A stretch of DNA of 64,000 nucleotides from the NCBI RefSeq assembly GCF_009914755.1, contig NC_060928.1, one strand, 5' to 3'. The translations under genes and the position numbers were made by a program. The stretch comes from the human T2T-CHM13v2.0 reference genome, Homo sapiens. The notes beneath the pieces were generated by a model. The model was not told the origin of the DNA and did no database searches. It was given only the letters and a program-made list of their open reading frames with translations. This document shows, piece after piece, positions 51,310-64,000 of this stretch; the stretch's first letter is position 1, and each line of letters starts with the position of its first letter.

Positions 51310-51717
51310 GATGGTGCTCTCCAGCATTATTGCTCTCCAGCAAATATTGCCAGTTTCCAGCATAGATGTAAGAACAGATCAAATTTTCTCACTTTCCTTG
51401 AAATTAGAGTTGCTAATGAAAATTGCTCTGACCAATGATAGGGAAGCTAAACAGACTTAGGCCATTTCCAGATGGAAACTGGACGAATGAGTGTCTGATT
51501 CACCATGTTTACTCCTTCTCTGTTACCTGGGTATGACCAGTGATGCTCCAAATAGTGCTGGTTGCTCAGTGGGTCCTTGAATGAGGATGACAAAGTTCGG
51601 AACTCTTAACTGACTGGCACTGAACTTATAGCATGGACGAGAAATACATATTTGCTGCTTTAAGCCTCTAAAATTTGGAGTAGTATCTACTACAGAATAA
51701 CTTGATCTCTCCTTACA
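51310..51717 (+). mobile_element. Old MLT1 (I/J-like) solo LTR
   Basis: Resembles the element at 20712-21116. Ends ...tttgctgctttaagcctctaaaatttggag...taca. Confidence 0.55.
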
Positions 51718-52699
51718 GCTGAAATATGAGGAGAAAAGCAAAGTTTTTTTGTCTTGTTTTAATACCAAATATTGATTGATGAAGTGGTATATAAAATCTT
51801 TTCTGGCAAAGAAGATTTTTTAAAAGATCCAAAAATCACAGCCCATAAATACTTGCTTGCCTAAGCCTAAACCAAATTATTTCATGGGTCTTTGGTTGTA
51901 TTTATGTTTTTTTCCCATTTCTTAACTGTTTTTATCTTTATTTCTCCTCCACCTAAACACCCAGAGGGGTTGAGAAAAAGTCTGAGATTGTTCTTGAAAA
52001 ACATTTCTTCTAAATTTCCGTTTCATTCTTCCTTATAGTGGCACAGACATTGGGTAGGTGGATGATATTCATTGAGTTCCAACAGGAACTCTGATTATCA
52101 AATCATCTGACAGGTATTAGAAATGGGATAGAAAATGATTTAAAAAGAAGGGATAAGGAAAAGAGGACTGATGTGACAGCAACTGTTAGATGTTAAAGTG
52201 AAAGAGAGACGATTAAAAAAAAAAAACTGCTTCTGAGTAGAAATGCATGTAGGAAGATATCTCCATGTTTTCACTACATAAAGAAAAACAAAAGAAATCG
52301 GCTCTGACCTAAAAATACAATGAGAACTTTGAGGCCTTTTTCAGAGATTTTTGACAAGGTAGAAAAGGCCAGTTAGTTACAGGTTTTAATATGAACTATT
52401 TCGTTGTCATTGCACAATTCACTGGAGCAAAAATTTATGGGTTTAAACTGCTTTTAGCTAGTCAATCAACATCAAACCATTGAGACAATTTAGCATTCAA
52501 ATTGTGAAAAGAAAAATGTACTTGTCTTTAATAAGCCCTTGAGGGAACAGAAACTATTTCTCTCTCCTTATATTCCTCACAGTGCTTTCCAGATAGTAAG
52601 TGCTCAATAAACATTAATAGAAAGTACAATAGACAAGTGAATAAACATGAGTAAATTAACAAATGAATGAAAGACTGTGCCAAAAAGTTCTTAAAGGTC

Positions 52700-53380
52700 G
52701 TTTATAGTAGCTCACCTGTTCTCACCTTCTCCATTTTGACCCTCTCTAGCCTGGCCTCAATGCAGTAGGCTGTGTGATCTTGTCGCAATACAGAGCTGAT
52801 CGTGTCACTGCATAACTTAAAATTCTTCAAATACTTTCCATTTCTCCTAAGTTCAAGACTAGATTCCTTACATGGTTGATGTCTTGTATGCCTTGGCTCC
52901 TATCTGGTGTGGAATCATTATTTTCCTTGCTCCAAGAACACCAGCCTTCTTTCAGTACTTGAAATATGCCAGGCTCCCTAATGGCATTTCTTTTCCTGCC
53001 ATGGGGCATCATAGCACATGTTTCCTCTGATGGAAGCCTCCTACCTCCTTTACCTGATTTGCATCTATTCATTCCTCTTAGAAGAAATTAGGAAGCACTT
53101 CCTTAAGCCTTCCCTGACATAGTAACCCCACCACCAGTCTCTGTTATGTTCCCTTGTTAAATGTGCTTTTTTTTTAAAAGATATCTTGTCTCAGTTTTTT
53201 AATTGTTGTGTGTGATTATTTTATTAACATCTGTTAACCAACAGTGCTATATATTCCATGAGTTCAGGTGTCCTGCTTATTTTTATTTAACATTGTATAT
53301 CCTTGAATTAGTGCATTGCCTGATTCCTTGTAAGCATGCAATAAATCATTGTTGAAAAAAATTAAAGAACAAATAAATGT
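52700..53380 (+). mobile_element. L2 3' region
   Basis: ccagccttctttcagtacttgaa..., gaagccttccctgac-like motif, caataaatcattgttgaa tail. Confidence 0.65.
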
Positions 53381-53658
53381 ATAACAAGCTCAAAATGTGA
53401 TGTATAATGTTACTTTCAAAGATAACATTTCCTATGCCTAAAATTAAATCTATAGTCCAATTATTTGGACTGTTGCTATTGTCATAAAGAGTCTATGGGG
53501 AACTAGGAGCTGAAGATAACGTCACTGCCTCTCTACACTTATGAGAAATGAGACGAGGACACATTTTGTGTTGGTAAAAAAGTGGGAGAGAAATTCAATC
53601 AAGGTAGGCCAGCAAAAGGAACAAAAGGAAATGATGTATTTGGTTCACAATAAGGAAG

Positions 53659-53952
53659 TTTTTTTTTGTTTTTTTTTTTTTTTTTTGAGACCAAGTCTTG
53701 CTCTGTCTCCCAGACTGGAGTGCAATGTTGCAATCTTGGCTCACTGAAAACTGCGCCTCCCAGGTTCAAGCAATTGTCTGCCTCAGCCTCCCGAGTAGCT
53801 GAGATTATAGGCACCTGCCACCACGCCTGGATAATTTTTGTATTTTTAGTAAAGACAGGATTTCACCATCTTGGCCAGGCTGGTCTTGAACTCCTGACCT
53901 CGTAATCCACCCACTCAGCCTCCCAAAGTGATGGGATTGCAAGCATGAGCCA
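53659..53952 (-). mobile_element. Alu (AluSg-like)
   Basis: Poly(T) followed by a reverse Alu dimer, slightly truncated at the Alu 5' end. Confidence 0.93.
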
Positions 53953-55404
53953 TTCAATGTAGGTGGTAATGATAGAGGCCAGTGGGCTATTAGCTTCAAA
54001 GGATAAAACTTCAAGTAGGTTATTGCCAGTGTTCAGGAACTGACATCCATCAAATCTTGCCTTAGTATCTCTGCCTAAAATAGAATGATCTATTATTATT
54101 TAGCTATAATATAGGACTAAAGTCTGATGGATAAAGAAGAACACTGACATTAGAAAATCATAGACTGAAATGTTTTAAGGGACTTTGCCATCGAAACCAA
54201 TCCTGCCATCTATTTCTACCTAGGGCTATGTCTGAGCCATAAAGGTGACTAACTTTAAGAAACCATTGAATTTACAAGTCATCTAGGAGCTCACTGAGGA
54301 ACCCTCTCAAACACTCTACCACCACCACCAGCTGGTTTGTTTATGATATTTCCTGGTGCAATTAACTGTAGACATTTTAGTATAAGTAGTAGACATATGT
54401 GTATAGGCAATTTAAATTTAACTAACATCTTATGGTGGGGTTAATTAACCTAAGAAAATTTTCAGTATAAATCAACCTGTTTTAGGCTTATTAATTAGCA
54501 TAAGACCTATAATAATCTTTTGGCGATAATAGTAATGGGATTTGAAGCTAAGAAGACTTTAAGAGGACCCAAACTCCTTGCATGAATAAGGTCTACAAAG
54601 AGCAAGCTCAGCAATGCCCAGAGTGCTGCAAGCCAACCCTAGAGACTTTGACCTGGAGACATCTTGCCACTGGATCCAATTACAAGGCCAGCAGATCTTG
54701 CCATCAGACTCTCTTATGTAACACTCAGAGCGAATATTTCATGGAAGATGCTGGTCTATGGAACTAAGGGCAAATGAATGAAATTTTCCCAAGCTAAGAA
54801 GTTCCATGACTATACTGCTTGTTAATAAGTGCATTCTGCTTGGAAGATTTTCATCTGAGATCTGCTTTCATTGTGAGTTAACATCCATCTAGTTAGGAGA
54901 TTGTAGGATAGAGACTACCTCTAATCAGTGGTGGTTACTCATGTTTACCAGAAGAGCCTGACATTCACTAAAGGAACAAATTGGTTTTGCATAGTTGGGT
55001 GATCTAGAACAGTTCACAGGATCTGTAGAGTTTGAAAATGAGAGAACAAGGAATGAGCAGCTGGTATTTAAGAAAGTGTTGCTAGGGCTTTAGAGTTGTG
55101 ATAGGACTAAAGGTATCAATAGTGACAAAAGTTGGCTGAAGCTAGTACATAAAGGAAAGGTGCACTCACACCTGAACCTAAGATTTTCAATTTAGACAAG
55201 GCCTCGCTTGGAAAATAAAACTTATGTCACAGGAAGAAAGGGCATGAAGCAGAAAAGGTGTTTTATTTCTAGAACATTTGTAGGTAATATGGAAAGAAAC
55301 TCTTGAGCCTGGTTGTTGGTAGGCTCAGAGCTTGGCTCTGACCCAAGTCAGAGCCAGAGATATTTTAAGTTTTAGCATCTTTCCCCAAAGAAAGCTCACC
55401 ATGG

Positions 55405-55498
55405 TGAAACCGCCCCCATAAAGTTTACAAGAATTACATGCTGGATTCTGGGCAGAAAAAAATAGTTATAATTAAGCATTAATCAGGATGCACTTTGG
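55405..55498 (+). mobile_element. ERV1 LTR 5' fragment (LTR45-like)
   Basis: TGAAACCGCCCCC...TAGTTATAATTAAGCATTAATCAGG resembles my recall of an LTR45-type 5' end. Subfamily uncertain. Confidence 0.5.
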
Positions 55499-57666
55499 TT
55501 GAGTCAGATGGGGCTGACTTTACGTGTCTGTGCTGAATCCAAGGTCTAATCCCCATGAGTTTTATGGAGGAGTGAGTTTCCAGCAAGACTTCATGTGATC
55601 TGTTCTACTGAGGCTTTACCTAGTTGTCAGGATGCTGGCTTTCCAGGTCTTCAATAACATCCAGTCTCCAGGCTGACTAGGGTGAAAGGGCACATTTGTA
55701 GGAAACAGCAATCTGCTAGAAGCAAATTTATGAATGGCAGGAGAATCAGGCCTAAGGATTGCACATACCTGACAGTGTCTCACTCTTTTTTGTGTATATT
55801 ATTGGGGTCCTTTATTCCAAGGGTGGAGCATGGGAAGGGCATCCCATATAGCATTTCAAAAGGACTAAATTTGATCCTGATTTTAAGAGCCACTCTTACT
55901 CTGAGCAGGGAAATAGGCAAAGCCTTATTCCAGGTCAAGTTGGTTTCCTGACAAATCTTAACTAAAGCCTTTTCTCAGGACATGATTCATTTTTTCACTC
56001 TTCTTTGTGGGTCCTCCAGGCTGTGTGGAATTTCCATGTTATGCCAAGGACTTGAGAGACATCCTTAGTGACTTTAGCCACAAAGGTGGCACCATTGTCA
56101 CTCTGATTAGAAATGGGCAAGCCAAACTGAGGGATGATTGTTTTTAAAGCAGAGCCTTAGCAACTTCAGATATCTTCTCTGCTCTGCAATAGAATGCCTC
56201 AATCTATCCTTAAAAAGAATCTACAAACATGAGCAGATATTTAAAGTTTCCTGCCACCCTCAGCATCATGGTGAAGTCAATCTACCAGCCCCAAGTTGGC
56301 CCTTCACTCCGTGCCTGGACTCCTTGTATCATGGGTGGAGGGCCAGTTTTTGGGTTACTCCAGACCCAGGAGAGACACTTCTGTATGACCATTTGAAAAA
56401 TCTTATGCATACATGGGTGAACAATATATCTCTGACTCCAATGGAGAAGGGCATCCCACCTATACTGAGTGGTTCCCTGAGTATGTCCAACAATGCCATC
56501 CATGAGGCATTCAGATACTAGGAATATCCCCTCTTGGTTATGTATCCATCCATCCTGTGTTTTTCAACCCCAATCGAGTGCTCTTTTAGATCCTCCTCTG
56601 AGTATGTAGGTAGTTCAAGGTCAAGGATTATTCCAGGTGTTAATGGTGTTAGTAAAGTTTGGGGGATCTTTTCTCTTGCTGCGGTCTTTGCAGCCTTATC
56701 TGATTATTGCTTTTTGCCACCAAACTGTCTGTCTGTTGATGCCCAACGCAATGAACTACAGCCACTTCTTTGGAGCCCATGACTGCCTCTAGCAGAGCTA
56801 AAATCTCTTTAGCATGTTTAATTTCTTTGTTGCCAGCAGTTAAAAACCCTCTTTTTTTTTCCCAAATAATCCCATGAGTATGGATAACAGAAAAGGCATA
56901 CCTGGAATCTCTGTAGATAGTCATTTTTGAGTCTTCACGTAGTTGGAGGATGTGGGTGAGGGTAATGAGTTTTGCTTTCTGTGCTAATGTTCTGGGGGAA
57001 GTGCCTCAGCTTCCAAAACTTGCTGGTGTATCACCACAGCATACTCAACCTTTTTTTTCCTTCCTGGTCCATAAAGCCACTTCCATCAGTGAACATCTCT
57101 AGATCTGGATCTTCCAATTGTATGTCAATCAAACCTAGCCAGCTAGAATTAACTTGTTGGATAATTTGTAAGCAGTCATGCATAGGTTTAGATGCTATCT
57201 GAGGAAGCAAGGTGGCAGGATTTTAAGTAATATCAGCTCTCAACATCACATTTAGGTTATTAAGGAGGATGGCATAATATTGTCATAGGCTTCTAGAAAT
57301 CAACCAATAGCTTCCTTTTTGTTCCAGTAAAGGAAGTACATAGTGGGGTGTGTGCACTGTAGTTGGCTGGGCCAGAGTAAACTTTTCTGCTTCCTAAAGA
57401 AAATCACAGGTGGCAGCAATAACCCTAAGGCAAGATGACTATCCTTTTGTGACAGTGCCCAATTGTTTTGAGAAGTATGGACCTGGCCTCTTGATGTTCC
57501 CTAAATATTGGGTTATCATTCCTAAATCCGTTCCTTGTCTTTCATGCAAAAATAGGTCAAAGGGCTTTCTTATACTGGGGAGTCCTAATACAAGACCTGT
57601 TATCAACTTTTCTTTAATGGTCAAAAAAGCCTTTTGGCAATCCCCAGTCCATTCTAACAGTTTGTT
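55499..57666 (-). mobile_element. Decayed class I (ERV1, gamma-like) endogenous retrovirus pol: RT connection, RNase H, integrase
   Basis: Minus-strand peptides LEWTGDCQKAFLTIKEKL..LGLP..KPFDLFLHE (RT connection), IYRDSRYAF..HG..VAVVHCVGHQ (RNase H), a Zn-finger-like IN N-terminus and DNGATFVAKV..LGITWKFHTAW (IN core). Multiple stops and frameshifts. Confidence 0.92.
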
Positions 57667-57806
57667 ATATTCCATATATATATATATACACACACACATA
57701 TATATATATTTTAATTTTGGGGGGTACATAGTAGGTGTATATTTTTATGGGGTATGACAGATATTTCGATACAGCCATTCAATGTGAAATAAGCACATCT
57801 TGGAGT
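57667..57806 (-). mobile_element. Short L1MA-like 3' end with its tail decayed to (TA)/(CA), inserted in ERV pol
   Basis: gggtacatagtaggtgtatat...tgtgaaataagcacatc matches my recall of an L1MA2-type 3' terminus in reverse. Confidence 0.75.
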
Positions 57807-57840
57807 TTGCGTTACCTTATCTCCCCTTTAAAACATCATG

Positions 57841-63972
<6,132 letters not shown>

Positions 63973-64000
63973 TTATCCAAATATCCAAGTGTGGCAGAAC

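Overview
Primate (most likely human) genomic DNA containing the 5' end of GABRA2, the GABA-A receptor alpha-2 subunit gene, on the minus strand. I find a CpG-island promoter, a non-coding first exon carrying a (CT)33 microsatellite (donor at 42908), coding exon 2 (ATG at 41879, signal peptide [24 protein letters not shown]) and coding exon 3 (39247-39362). Intron 3 runs off the left edge and exon 4 is not in the window. Intron 3 holds a complete THE1A-type MaLR with TSD, an SVA inserted into the linker of an older Alu, Alus, L1/L2/MIR, MLT1, MER5A and Tigger1 remnants. Upstream of the gene lie MLT1/MST solo LTRs, a decayed ERV1 pol region and a dead full-length ~6.1-kb L1PA inserted into that pol. 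I see no clearly novel biological system. The best leads are regulatory hypotheses at GABRA2: a candidate poison exon in intron 2, a stop-free exon-1 frame in register with the CDS whose register depends on (CT)n length, a candidate truncating terminal exon in intron 3, and the SVA-in-Alu fold-back with a recently duplicated VNTR. Repeat subfamily names are from recall of consensus sequences, and boundaries of old repeats are approximate.
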